From positions 2,392 through 66,391 of the forward strand of contig CALVKD010000022.1 of assembly GCA_944332525.1 (NCBI GenBank): DNA of 64,000 bases, written 5' to 3'. Position 1 is the stretch's first letter. Each line of letters starts with the position of its first letter. Origin of the DNA: an uncultured Bacilli bacterium. Its GTDB lineage: Bacteria; Bacillota_I; Bacilli_A; RFN20; CAG-449. Under the pieces are notes generated by a model. That model was not told where the DNA came from. It worked only from the letters and a program-made list of their open reading frames with translations, and made no database searches. Below are positions 38,852 to 48,406 of the stretch, piece by piece. The translations under genes and the position numbers were made by a program.

Positions 38852-39505
38852 TTACCTCATTATTTTTTTTATTATATCGTTTCTTTTTAAGTTTTTAATC
38901 AGAAGTTTATTTTCTTCATCAATTCTGAATGAATCCCGTATTTTACCTTTAGTTTTCGATAACAGATCTTTAGAAATATTGCCTGTTAATAAAAACTGAT
39001 AGACTTTAGAAAAATATTTAATTGCTAAGGTTGCTAATAACCAAGCCTGAGCCATCGCAACATAATATTCGGAATCAGGATTATCTTGGATTGTTTTTAT
39101 TAAAATATCGACGTCGTTTTCATCAATATTATGATTAAAAATAAAAAGGACATAAGCCATTCTCCGTAAAAAGAGATTCTTTTCTTTAAGCAAGTGTTCA
39201 GCAAAAGAAAACATTTTTGAAAAGTCATCATAAATTAAATATTTTGTCAGTTCGTCGACGTCATACCAATTTTTAAAATATCTTTTATTGGATAAAATCA
39301 ACTTTTTTTGTTCAGCAAAAGATTTGGCTATCTGAAATAGAGACAAAAAATAAAAGGAATATAAAATATGTGATGGATTATTTTTCCAATTTATTAAATC
39401 GACACCTTGTTTTTTTATTTCTTTTAATAGCGATGTCTTTTCTGGTATATTAATTGAATAATTTAGTAAATATTGTTCAAGTTCTTCGATGTTTAACTGT
39501 TGCAT
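38852..39505 (-). CDS. Hypothetical alpha-helical protein
   Basis: ORF with coding periodicity. No motif recognised. Confidence 0.35.
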   Translation of the reverse strand: MQQLNIEELEQYLLNYSINIPEKTSLLKEIKKQGVDLINWKNNPSHILYSFYFLSLFQIAKSFAEQKKLILSNKRYFKNWYDVDELTKYLIYDDFSKMFSFAEHLLKEKNLFLRRMAYVLFIFNHNIDENDVDILIKTIQDNPDSEYYVAMAQAWLLATLAIKYFSKVYQFLLTGNISKDLLSKTKGKIRDSFRIDEENKLLIKNLKRNDIIKKIMR

Positions 39506-39607
39506 GTCTATTATTCCTCTTTCTTATTATATATAAGAAAAAGAAAAACATCTCTCTATAAAAATTTAAAATGATAAAAAAACGATGTAACCGTTTTCAC
39601 TAAAAAT

Positions 39608-39636
39608 TTGCATAAAATATCTTTTAATTGATAATT
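39608..39636 (+). promoter_or_regulatory. Candidate sigma-A promoter TTGCAT-N17-ATAATT for adhE
   Basis: Hexamers and spacing read directly from the sequence, 57 nt upstream of the adhE ATG. Confidence 0.45.
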
Positions 39637-39658
39637 ATTTATCGATATACTTTTATCG

Positions 39659-39676
39659 GTTGAAGAAATGTTCAAC
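39659..39676 (+). promoter_or_regulatory. Perfect inverted repeat GTTGAA-N6-TTCAAC between the promoter and RBS of adhE; candidate Rex-like redox-repressor operator
   Basis: 18-bp palindrome. Rex boxes (TTGTGAA-N4-TTCACAA) commonly sit at this position in front of adhE in Firmicutes. Spacing here is 6-6-6. Confidence 0.35.
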
Positions 39677-39692
39677 AATTAAGGAGTCCCAA

Positions 39693-42323
39693 ATGGAAGA
39701 AAAAGTAATTACCCCACAAGAAGAAGTTGATTCGTTAGTTAAAAAGGCTCTTAAGTGCCTTGATGAATATGCTTCATTCACCCAGGAGCAAATCGATTAT
39801 ATCGTTGCTAAAGCTTCAGTTGCCGCGCTTGATCATCATGGCAGCTTAGCTAAATTAGCTATTGAAGAAACTAAAAGAGGCGTTTTTGAAGATAAGGCAA
39901 CTAAAAACTTATTTGCATGTGAATATGTCGTTAATAATATGAGACATTTAAAAACTGTCGGTATTATCGATGATGATGAAGTTACAGGAATTGTTAAAGT
40001 CGCTGAACCAGTCGGTGTAGTCGCAGCTTTAACTCCGGTTACTAATCCAACATCTACAGCAATTTTTAAATCTCTTATCTGCTTAAAAACTAGAAACCCA
40101 GTCATTTTCTCTTTCCACCCAAATGCTAAGCAATCATCAATTGCTGCTGCGAAAGTTGTCTATGATGCCGCGGTTGCAGCGGGAGCACCAAAAAACTGCA
40201 TTCAATGGATTGAAAATATTTCAATGGAAGCAACTAATTGCTTAATGAACCACCCTGGTGTTGCAACAATTTTAGCTACTGGTGGTAATGCGATGGTTAA
40301 AGCTGCTTATTCTTGCGGTAAACCAGCATTAGGCGTTGGAGCCGGTAATGTTCCTGCTTATATGGAAAAAACTTGTAATGTTAAACAAGCAGTAAATGAT
40401 ATCGTTTTATCTAAATCATTTGATAACGGTATGGTCTGCGCTTCTGAACAAGCTGTTATTATCGATAATGATATTTATGATGCAGCATTAAAAGAATTTG
40501 AATCTTTCGGTTGCTATCTCTGCAATGAAAAAGAAAAGAAGATGCTCGAAAAATTTATGTTCGGTGTCGCAAGCAAAGAAGATTGTCCAAAAGCTAAATT
40601 ATATGCTCCATTAGTTGGTCAATCAGCAAAATGGATTGCTGAGCAAGCTGGATTTGAAGTTCCAGATAAAACTGTCATCTTACTTGTTAAATGCTCACAA
40701 GTCGGTGTCAACGAACCTCTCACTAGAGAAAAATTATCACCAGTCTTAGCTGTTCTTAAATCAAAAGATAGCGAAGAAGGAATTAAACTTGCTAAGCAAA
40801 TGGTTGAATTCAACGGCTTAGGTCACTCAGCAGCTATCCATACTACTAATAAAGAATTAGTTGAACATTTCGGTGATGTTATTCCGGCAATTAGAATTAT
40901 TTGGAATTCCCCATCAACATTCGGCGGAATCGGTAATGTTTATAACTCATTCTTACCTAGCTTAACCTTAGGATGCGGTTCGTATGGCCATAATTCAATT
41001 GGCGACAATGTTTCCGCGGTTAATTTACTCAATATTAAAAAGATCGGACGGAGAAGAAACAATATGCAATGGTTCAAAATTCCTAGCAAAATCTATTTTG
41101 AAAGAGATGCCATTGAGTATCTCCATCAGATGAAAGAAATGAAGAAAGTAATGATCGTTACCGATAGAAGCATGGTCGATTTAGGCTATGTTGATAGAGT
41201 TACCGATCAACTTAAACAAAGAAGAGAAGAAGTTCAATATCAATTATTCTGCGATGTTGAACCAGATCCATCAATTCAAACTGTTTTAAGCGGTGTTAAA
41301 TTGATGCGTTCATTTGAACCGGATACCATTATCGCTTTAGGCGGTGGATCGGCAATGGATGCCGCGAAAGGTATGTGGCTCTACTATGAGCATCCAGAAG
41401 TTAATTTTAATGACTTAAAGCAAAAATTTATGGATATTAGAAAGAGAGCTTTCCGTTATCCAGAATTAGGTAAAAAAGCCAAATTAGTCTGTATTCCTAC
41501 AACTTCCGGAACTGGTTCAGAAGTTACACCGTTTGCGGTTATCACAGATAAAACTGAAAATAAAAAATATCCATTAACCGACTACTCATTAACTCCAACA
41601 ATTGCGATTATTGATCCTTCTTTAACTTTATCTCTTCCAAAGAAGATTACCGCAGATACTGGTATGGATGTCTTAACTCATGCTACCGAAGCTTTCGTTT
41701 CGACATTAGCTAACGATTATACTGATGGATTAGCTATTCAAGCAGTTAAAATGGTCTTTAAATATCTTGAAAGATCATATAATAATGGCGCGAATGACCC
41801 AGAAGCTAGAGAAAAAATGCATAATGCTTCAACTTTAGCTGGTATGGCATTTGCTAACGCTTTCCTTGGCATGAACCATTCTATGGCTCATAAAATCGGT
41901 GGTGAATTCCACGTTCCACACGGCAGAGCTAACGCAATCTTATTACCATTTACTATTCGCTATAATGGAACAAAACCACAAAAATTATCAACTTGGCCAA
42001 AGTATAACTTCTATAAAGCTGATGAACGCTATGCTGAATTAGCTGCAGCAATCGGCTTAAAATTCAATACTGTCGCTGAAGGTGTTGAAGCTTACGCTAA
42101 AGCTGTCGGCGAACTCGGTATGAGATTAGGAATTAAGATGAATTTCCAATCACAAGGTATTGATAGAGAAGCTTGGATGAATGCAATGGACAAATTAGCT
42201 TATCTCGCTTATGAAGATCAATGCTCACCAGCTAACCCACGCGTACCGATGGTTGAAGACATGAAGAAAATCATGATCGCGGCTTACGATTCTCAAGAAT
42301 TCATCGCTCCTGAAAATAAATAA
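39693..42323 (+). CDS. adhE: Bifunctional acetaldehyde-CoA / alcohol dehydrogenase AdhE
   Basis: N-terminal aldehyde dehydrogenase domain and C-terminal iron-containing ADH domain (GGGSAMDAAK, metal-binding His motifs). ORF-track start 39660 is TTG; the ATG at 39693 has an AAGGAG RBS. Confidence 0.95.
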   Translation: MEEKVITPQEEVDSLVKKALKCLDEYASFTQEQIDYIVAKASVAALDHHGSLAKLAIEETKRGVFEDKATKNLFACEYVVNNMRHLKTVGIIDDDEVTGIVKVAEPVGVVAALTPVTNPTSTAIFKSLICLKTRNPVIFSFHPNAKQSSIAAAKVVYDAAVAAGAPKNCIQWIENISMEATNCLMNHPGVATILATGGNAMVKAAYSCGKPALGVGAGNVPAYMEKTCNVKQAVNDIVLSKSFDNGMVCASEQAVIIDNDIYDAALKEFESFGCYLCNEKEKKMLEKFMFGVASKEDCPKAKLYAPLVGQSAKWIAEQAGFEVPDKTVILLVKCSQVGVNEPLTREKLSPVLAVLKSKDSEEGIKLAKQMVEFNGLGHSAAIHTTNKELVEHFGDVIPAIRIIWNSPSTFGGIGNVYNSFLPSLTLGCGSYGHNSIGDNVSAVNLLNIKKIGRRRNNMQWFKIPSKIYFERDAIEYLHQMKEMKKVMIVTDRSMVDLGYVDRVTDQLKQRREEVQYQLFCDVEPDPSIQTVLSGVKLMRSFEPDTIIALGGGSAMDAAKGMWLYYEHPEVNFNDLKQKFMDIRKRAFRYPELGKKAKLVCIPTTSGTGSEVTPFAVITDKTENKKYPLTDYSLTPTIAIIDPSLTLSLPKKITADTGMDVLTHATEAFVSTLANDYTDGLAIQAVKMVFKYLERSYNNGANDPEAREKMHNASTLAGMAFANAFLGMNHSMAHKIGGEFHVPHGRANAILLPFTIRYNGTKPQKLSTWPKYNFYKADERYAELAAAIGLKFNTVAEGVEAYAKAVGELGMRLGIKMNFQSQGIDREAWMNAMDKLAYLAYEDQCSPANPRVPMVEDMKKIMIAAYDSQEFIAPENK

Positions 42324-42336
42324 TCATAATTTATTT

Positions 42337-42365
42337 AGACCAACTATAATGGTTGGTCTTTTTAG
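42337..42365 (+). terminator. Rho-independent terminator after adhE
   Basis: AGACCAAC-TATAAT-GTTGGTCT followed by TTTTT. Confidence 0.8.
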
Positions 42366-42538
42366 TTTAAAATTAAAAATATTCCATTTTTGCTAGATAA
42401 AATTAATAAAAATTAAGCAACATATGTATTTATTTTTTGATATTTTGTGATAAAATGGGATTGTGTTAATAGTATCCTTTATCTGTTTAATCAAAAATTA
42501 AAGTACTTACTGGAGCGATTAATACAGAAAGGATAACC

Positions 42539-42712
42539 ATGGAAGACAAGAAAATTATCTGCAAGGACTGCGGAAAAGAATTCATCTTCACAGTCGGCGA
42601 ACAAAAATTCTTTGCTGAAAAAGGATTCACTAATGATCCTGTCAGATGCCCGGAATGCCGTAAAAAACGTCGGGAAGCTCGCGCAAAGCAAGAAGCTGAA
42701 CAAGCAAAGTAA
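42539..42712 (+). CDS. Small C4 zinc-ribbon protein (57 aa), absent from the ORF track
   Basis: MEDKKIICKDCGKEFIFTVGEQKFFAEKGFTNDPVRCPECRKKRREARAKQEAEQAK. AAAGGA RBS upstream. Followed directly by a terminator. The opposing ORF 42491-42703 is spurious. Confidence 0.6.
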   Translation: MEDKKIICKDCGKEFIFTVGEQKFFAEKGFTNDPVRCPECRKKRREARAKQEAEQAK

Positions 42713-42717
42713 TAATT

Positions 42718-42748
42718 AAGGTAAGGTGAAAACCTTGCCTTTTTTTGT
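42718..42748 (+). terminator. Rho-independent terminator after the small Zn-ribbon gene
   Basis: AAGGTAAGGT-GAAA-ACCTTGCCTT (one G-U pair) followed by TTTTTT. Confidence 0.7.
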
Positions 42749-42785
42749 TATATATTTTATAATTTTATCGCTTGGGAGAATACAT

Positions 42786-43382
42786 ATGTTTTTGAAAAAA
42801 TTGATTTTAGTCGTCTCTCCTCCTGCTTGCGGGAAGACTTTTGTTTCTAAAAAATTAGCAAGCGCTTTAACGCACGTCGTATATCTCGATAAGGATACCT
42901 TAATCCCTCTTTCAAAAAAGATTTTTGAAGTTGCTGGGGAAGAATATAATCGCTCATCAGATTTCTTTAACAAAAATATTCGTGATTTGGAGTACGTCGT
43001 CACACTCGATTTAGCTTTCGAAGCGTTACAATATGAAGATTTAGTTTTAGTTAACGCTCCATTCACAAGAGAAATTAGAGACATTGATTTTGTTAGCAAG
43101 CTATCTAAGAGATTAAAAGATGAACTTAATGCTGAATTAGTCTTTATTTGGGTTAATGCTTCACCAGAAACTTGCCATAGAAGAATGGTGGAAAGGAATT
43201 CTACCCGTGATACTTGGAAATTAGAAAATTGGGAGGAATATATCAGAGGAGTTGATTTCTCTATTCCGACACCTCTTTCTTCAAAAGAATCTGGCGCTAA
43301 ACTTATTGTTTTCGATAATGATCACGATAATACATTTGAAAGCGAACTTAAGAAAACTGTCGCTCTTTTAGAAAAAGAATAA
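42786..43382 (+). CDS. P-loop NTPase / kinase-like protein (AAA_33 / zeta-toxin-like fold)
   Basis: Walker A VVSPPACGKT near the N-terminus. ORF-track GTG start at 42726 lies inside the terminator; the ATG at 42786 has a GGGAGA RBS. Confidence 0.5.
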   Translation: MFLKKLILVVSPPACGKTFVSKKLASALTHVVYLDKDTLIPLSKKIFEVAGEEYNRSSDFFNKNIRDLEYVVTLDLAFEALQYEDLVLVNAPFTREIRDIDFVSKLSKRLKDELNAELVFIWVNASPETCHRRMVERNSTRDTWKLENWEEYIRGVDFSIPTPLSSKESGAKLIVFDNDHDNTFESELKKTVALLEKE

Positions 43383-43388
43383 TTTAAA

Positions 43389-43414
43389 TATCTGGCTTAG
43401 GCCAGATTTTTTTG
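43389..43414 (+). terminator. Rho-independent terminator
   Basis: ATCTGGC-TTAG-GCCAGAT followed by TTTTTTT. Confidence 0.7.
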
Positions 43415-43551
43415 TTGCTTAAAAAACATATATCTCACACTTTGGCAATAATTATATATAATTATTTTTCGATTTGCCCCATTTTGTTATAGATTATCAT
43501 TTTGTCTCATTGTAAAATATAGCCGTAATAAAACAGAAGGGATTTTTTATT

Positions 43552-44124
43552 ATGGAAGAATTTATTATCGAAACAAGTGCTAGACATGTTCATGTCACAC
43601 AAGAAACCTTAGAAGTCCTCTTCGGCAAGGGAGCGGAGTTAACTGTCAAAAAGATGCTTTCGCAACCTGGTCAATTCGCTTCTGAACAAAAGGTCGAGGT
43701 CATCGGACCTAAAGGAACACTTAAGTGCTCAATTCTCGGACCTTGCAGAAACGTCAATCAAGTTGAACTCTCTCTCACCGATGCGAGAACTTTAGGTATC
43801 GCAGTTCCTGTTAGAGAATCAGGAGATGTTAAGGGCTCAACAGCGATTACTATCAAAGGACCTTGCGGCGAAGTCGCTTTAACAGAAGGTGCTATCGCTG
43901 CTAAACGCCATATTCACATGACTCCAGCAGATGCTGAAAGATTCAATGTCAAAAATGGCGATATCGTTAATGTTAAAGTCGTTAACGAGACTGGTAGAGG
44001 CTTGATCTTTGGTGATACAGTCATCAGAGTCAGCGATAAATATGCTTTAGCAATGCATATCGATACCGACGAAGCTAATGCAGGTGCATTATCTGGCTTA
44101 GTAAAAGGTATCATTGTTAAATAA
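43552..44124 (+). CDS. pduL: Phosphate propanoyl/acetyl-transferase PduL
   Basis: Two PduL repeats, with N-terminal IETSARHVHV and later AAKRHIHMT. Confidence 0.8.
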   Translation: MEEFIIETSARHVHVTQETLEVLFGKGAELTVKKMLSQPGQFASEQKVEVIGPKGTLKCSILGPCRNVNQVELSLTDARTLGIAVPVRESGDVKGSTAITIKGPCGEVALTEGAIAAKRHIHMTPADAERFNVKNGDIVNVKVVNETGRGLIFGDTVIRVSDKYALAMHIDTDEANAGALSGLVKGIIVK

Positions 44125-44135
44125 GAGGAGAAGAT

Positions 44136-45509
44136 ATGTCATTATTTAAATCAGAAGGATGCAAGCATCTGACTGGAATCAATGACACCAAACACTTAAC
44201 CTCAGAAAAAGAGATTTTGACTCTCCCTGATGAATACAGCAAGGAAGTCTATGTACCTCTTGTCGATCCAGGTAAAGGATTACCAATTAATGTTGAAGCT
44301 AAAGTTGGCGATCACGTTAAAGTTGGTACCTTAATTGGAACGAGAAATATGTTTGGTAACTTGATTCCAATTTATTCACCGGTTTCCGGTGTCATCAAAG
44401 GTGAAGAAAATATTCTTCACGGCGGACTTGGCAGAATGGCCAAGCATTACGTTATCGAAAACGATTTCAAGTATGAAAATGTCAAAGTCTGTGAACCATT
44501 TTCATTAGAATCTGATGCCGATACAATTATCGATGCTATGCAGAAACTTGGATTAGTCGGTCTCGGCGGAGCTGGTTTCCCAACATTCATCAAATATAAA
44601 GGCGTTAAAGATATCGATACTATTATTATCAATGGTGTCGAATGTGAACCATTCTTAACTACCGACTACAACGCAATGATTAAAGAAAGCGAAGAATTAT
44701 TCCTCGGTGCCTCTTTAATGATGAAAGCTGCACATGCTCAAAGAGCTTTAATTTGCTTTAAGCAAAACAAAGTTAGAGTCTATGAGGCTTTGAAAGATAA
44801 AGTCCATGAGTATCCAGGCCTTGAACTTAAATTAGTTCCAGATGTCTATCCGATGGGCTGGGAAAAACTTCTCTGCAAGACAGTTACTGGTAGAACTTAT
44901 GAAAAATTACCAGCAGAAGCTCACGTAATTATCAATAACGCTCAAACAGCAATTGAATTAGCTAAGTCGTCTAAGACTGGCTTTATTACAAGAAGCAAAA
45001 TGCTTACAGTTACCGGTGAAGGCCTTAAAGAAAACGCTAATGTTATAGTGCCAATCGGAACAAAGGTTAGTGAAATTGTTCGTTTCATGGGTGGGTATAC
45101 CATCGATGAAGGTGTCGTTTTATTAGGCGGACCAATGTGTTCAAGAGGCTTGATGAACGATAACTGCGCAATCCTTCCTCAAAACGATGCTATCACCGTT
45201 TTAAGAAAGTTAAAGAGAAGAACTCAACAATGCTTAAGATGCGGTGCTTGTACAGATCATTGCCCAACTAACTTACAGCCAGTTGAGATTAAAATCGCAT
45301 ATGAACACAAAGACATGGATAGAATGATGGCTTTGAAACCAACAGTCTGTATCGGCTGCGGATTATGTTCTTATGTTTGCCCAAGTCAAATTGAAGTCAA
45401 TGATTTCGTTAAGAAAGCTAAGGCTTTAGTTATGATGGAAGAAACAAAACGCAAAGCCGCTGAAGCTAAAAAGGCCGAAGCAGCAAAACCTCAAGGAGGA
45501 AAACAATAA
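44136..45509 (+). CDS. rnfC: Rnf electron-transport complex subunit C
   Basis: NADH-binding GLVGLGGAGFPT. Two 4Fe-4S motifs, CLRCGACTDHCP and CIGCGLCSYVCP. Confidence 0.9.
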   Translation: MSLFKSEGCKHLTGINDTKHLTSEKEILTLPDEYSKEVYVPLVDPGKGLPINVEAKVGDHVKVGTLIGTRNMFGNLIPIYSPVSGVIKGEENILHGGLGRMAKHYVIENDFKYENVKVCEPFSLESDADTIIDAMQKLGLVGLGGAGFPTFIKYKGVKDIDTIIINGVECEPFLTTDYNAMIKESEELFLGASLMMKAAHAQRALICFKQNKVRVYEALKDKVHEYPGLELKLVPDVYPMGWEKLLCKTVTGRTYEKLPAEAHVIINNAQTAIELAKSSKTGFITRSKMLTVTGEGLKENANVIVPIGTKVSEIVRFMGGYTIDEGVVLLGGPMCSRGLMNDNCAILPQNDAITVLRKLKRRTQQCLRCGACTDHCPTNLQPVEIKIAYEHKDMDRMMALKPTVCIGCGLCSYVCPSQIEVNDFVKKAKALVMMEETKRKAAEAKKAEAAKPQGGKQ

Positions 45510-47452
45510 TGAAATTCGGAATGAATCCGGGTCCATATTATCGTTCAAACAGATCAACTACTCATATTATGATGGAGTTGATGATCGGTTTGGCTGTAAT
45601 TTGGCTCAGTGCGATCGTCTTCTACTTCATGCAAAGCAGCGCTAATGGTGTCTTAGCTATCGTTAATCCGATAATCGCTATGGTTACCGCTGTTGTTGTC
45701 GAAGCTCTCTTCATGCTTCCAAAGACGATTAAAGAAAAGAGAAATTTCAAAGATTTACTCGATGATGTATTTCATTCTTATGGATATGTCAGCGGAATGA
45801 TCTTAGCTTTAATTTTACCGGTTGCAACTTCTTGGTATGCAATCGTCGTTTCTACAATTATCGGTGTTGGCGTCGCTAAGATGCTCTTCGGCGGATTTGG
45901 TCACAACATCTTTAACCCAGCAATCGTTGGAAGAATCATTTGCCAAACTTGTTTCTTAGATAAGATGGCTTATGATGCTGAAATCACAACCGGTGCAACT
46001 ATTACTACAGCTATGGGCAGTAATGGTTGGTCACTTGATTTACTCAATACCGGTCACATTTCCTTTATTGATCTCTTATTTGGTAACTACCGCGGTGCTT
46101 TAGGTGAAACATTTACTATTATCTTATTAATAGTCGGTATCGTTTTAGTTATTAGAAAAGTTATTGATTGGAGAGCTCCAGTATTCTACTTAGCAACCAT
46201 TTATGTCGCAACCTTTATCATGGGTCTCTGCGGCGGATATGGTGTTGATAGCTTTGAATATGCTTTAGTCCAAGTTGCTTTAGGTGGCGTTATGTTCGGC
46301 GCAGTTTTCTGCTTAACTGACCCAGTTACTTCACCTACTTCAAGAGCTGGCCGCGTTTTCTTCGGTATGGGTGCTGCTTTAATTACTATGTTAATTAGAT
46401 ACTGCGCTTCTGCTCCTGAAGGCGTTGCTTATTCAATTCTCTTTATGAATCTTTTCACACCGCTTATTGATTTAGCAGTTAAGGGATTAAGTAAAGAAAA
46501 TACTAGAAGAAATATCATTACAACATCCGTTATGGGTGCAGTCGCTATTGTTGGCGGACTTTATTTAGGCTTCACCAAGATTGATAAGATGGGCTTCTTC
46601 AACTATGAATACTCATTTGCTGATAAAACCGGTGAATTCACTGCAACTATCAACTATGCTGGCGAAAAAGACGGAATTGAAAGCTATGACGTCTCTGTTA
46701 CCGGTTATGTCGCAACAAACACTGAACATAATTTCGGTGATGTCAGAACAGTTTTCGCAGGCGCTCTTGCTAAATACGAAAACGGAACTGAATATCCAAA
46801 TTATCAATTCGTTGTCAATGATAATGGTACATCCCTGGATTTAACTTATGAGAAGGATGATGCTGAACAAATTATCGAAGGTGTTCTAAAATTAAAAACT
46901 GATAACACTAACGATACTTATACAATTGTTGATTCAGTTTCTGGATACTATCTTCCAACTGATGTTTCCACAGAAGAAGCTGTTTACTCATTAGAAATTG
47001 CAGATGATTATTCTATCATCCTTACTATGGCTGATGGACATACTTCACAAGATAACAATTCCATGTCTTATGCTTCTATGAGCTTCACCATTGATATTGA
47101 TTATGAAAATAAAGTCGTAGTTGCAACACACTTAAAATCTACAGGCGCTGGTGGTGGATACGGCGATGCAATGCTTGATTTTGAAAATACGCCATATGCT
47201 CCTTATTTAAGTGATGAGGCTGCCATGAAGTTATTAAACTTCTATGCTACCTACGTTAATATTACTACACCTGTCCCATTCTCTACTTACGAAAAATACA
47301 ACACACAGACTGCATTGATTGATACAGTTAATAGCGATTTACATGTCGGTGCAACTTATACTGCTAACGGCTTTATGTATATGATGAACCGCGTTATTGA
47401 ATACGCTCAATATTATCATCAATCATTATCAGCCGGAAAGGTGGTAAGATAA
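45509..47452 (+). CDS. rnfD: Rnf subunit D fused to a ~300-aa C-terminal extracytoplasmic extension
   Basis: NqrB/RnfD core with NPAIVGR and the flavinylation-site-like DAEITTGATITT. After the last TM helix (about residue 355) comes a soluble domain of unknown family (YSFADKTGEFTATINYAG...). Confidence 0.8.
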   Translation: MKFGMNPGPYYRSNRSTTHIMMELMIGLAVIWLSAIVFYFMQSSANGVLAIVNPIIAMVTAVVVEALFMLPKTIKEKRNFKDLLDDVFHSYGYVSGMILALILPVATSWYAIVVSTIIGVGVAKMLFGGFGHNIFNPAIVGRIICQTCFLDKMAYDAEITTGATITTAMGSNGWSLDLLNTGHISFIDLLFGNYRGALGETFTIILLIVGIVLVIRKVIDWRAPVFYLATIYVATFIMGLCGGYGVDSFEYALVQVALGGVMFGAVFCLTDPVTSPTSRAGRVFFGMGAALITMLIRYCASAPEGVAYSILFMNLFTPLIDLAVKGLSKENTRRNIITTSVMGAVAIVGGLYLGFTKIDKMGFFNYEYSFADKTGEFTATINYAGEKDGIESYDVSVTGYVATNTEHNFGDVRTVFAGALAKYENGTEYPNYQFVVNDNGTSLDLTYEKDDAEQIIEGVLKLKTDNTNDTYTIVDSVSGYYLPTDVSTEEAVYSLEIADDYSIILTMADGHTSQDNNSMSYASMSFTIDIDYENKVVVATHLKSTGAGGGYGDAMLDFENTPYAPYLSDEAAMKLLNFYATYVNITTPVPFSTYEKYNTQTALIDTVNSDLHVGATYTANGFMYMMNRVIEYAQYYHQSLSAGKVVR

Positions 47453-47454
47453 TT

Positions 47455-48405
47455 ATGAATAAATTAGTAAAGATGCCTTTATTCTTAGGTGTTACCTGCC
47501 TCGTCTGCGGCGGATTACTTGCAGGTATCGTCGCTTTGACTGATCCGGTTATTGAAAAGAATGAACAAGAACGCTTATCAGCAGCATTCAGAACTATGTA
47601 TGATGATGAAAGCGCACTTGTTACTAAGACCATCGTTATCAATGAAGAAGGTAATCCAATTTCTGAAATTAACGATGTCACTCATACTGGAGGAGAATCA
47701 GCTGTTTATAAAGTTACTTCTTCTTCCTCTTATGAAAGAATGACTTTCTACGTTGGTATCTCTAGAGAGAATAATACTGTTGATGCTTATTATTCTTTAT
47801 CAAGTACCGCTTCTTCTCTTGGATATGGCAACTTCCAAAACTCTGCTAATATATCCAATCTTTATCAAGGATATGATGGAACAGGAACAGTTATCGTTAC
47901 CGGTACTACGGTTACTTCAAAAGCAGTGAAAGTTGCAGTTGATGCTTGCTTAGATGATTACGCTGTTAGATATTTAGGTGAAGGCGGAAATCAAGGTGAA
48001 ACATTGGCTTTCTATCAAGAAATGTATGGAGAAAGTGCTGTATTAAAAGCTGAAGCTTCAATCAATGAAGGTGGAATCTTAAATGGATATCTCGTTGAAT
48101 ATGAAGAAGCAACTCACTACATTTATAAGTTATCAATTACTGTTGATGGAACAACTACTACATATTATGTAGGTATGGACAATGCTGGACGTGGTGAGGT
48201 ATATAAATATATTAGTTGTACTAATCTTGATACTTGGTCATTCTTCTATCTTCATAATGATGAGAAGATTACAGAAGGTATCAAGGGTAAATTCCATGGC
48301 ACTTTCGAAATCGCTCCATCAAGCGAAGAAGTAAATACCGCTTTCAATGAAGTCTATACTTTCGCTTTGCAAGATCTTGCTATGCGCGACTGGGAGGTAA
48401 AGTAA
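47455..48405 (+). CDS. rnfG: Rnf subunit G (FMN-binding), unusually long at 316 aa
   Basis: N-terminal TM anchor. FMN_bind-like VIVTGTTVTSKAVKVAVDA in place of SGATxTS. Operon position between rnfD and rnfE. Confidence 0.75.
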   Translation: MNKLVKMPLFLGVTCLVCGGLLAGIVALTDPVIEKNEQERLSAAFRTMYDDESALVTKTIVINEEGNPISEINDVTHTGGESAVYKVTSSSSYERMTFYVGISRENNTVDAYYSLSSTASSLGYGNFQNSANISNLYQGYDGTGTVIVTGTTVTSKAVKVAVDACLDDYAVRYLGEGGNQGETLAFYQEMYGESAVLKAEASINEGGILNGYLVEYEEATHYIYKLSITVDGTTTTYYVGMDNAGRGEVYKYISCTNLDTWSFFYLHNDEKITEGIKGKFHGTFEIAPSSEEVNTAFNEVYTFALQDLAMRDWEVK

Positions 48406-48406
48406 A

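Noticed and set aside
42491-42703. 70-aa minus-strand ORF
   Set aside because: Antisense to a much better supported plus-strand zinc-ribbon gene with its own RBS and terminator. Low-complexity sequence.
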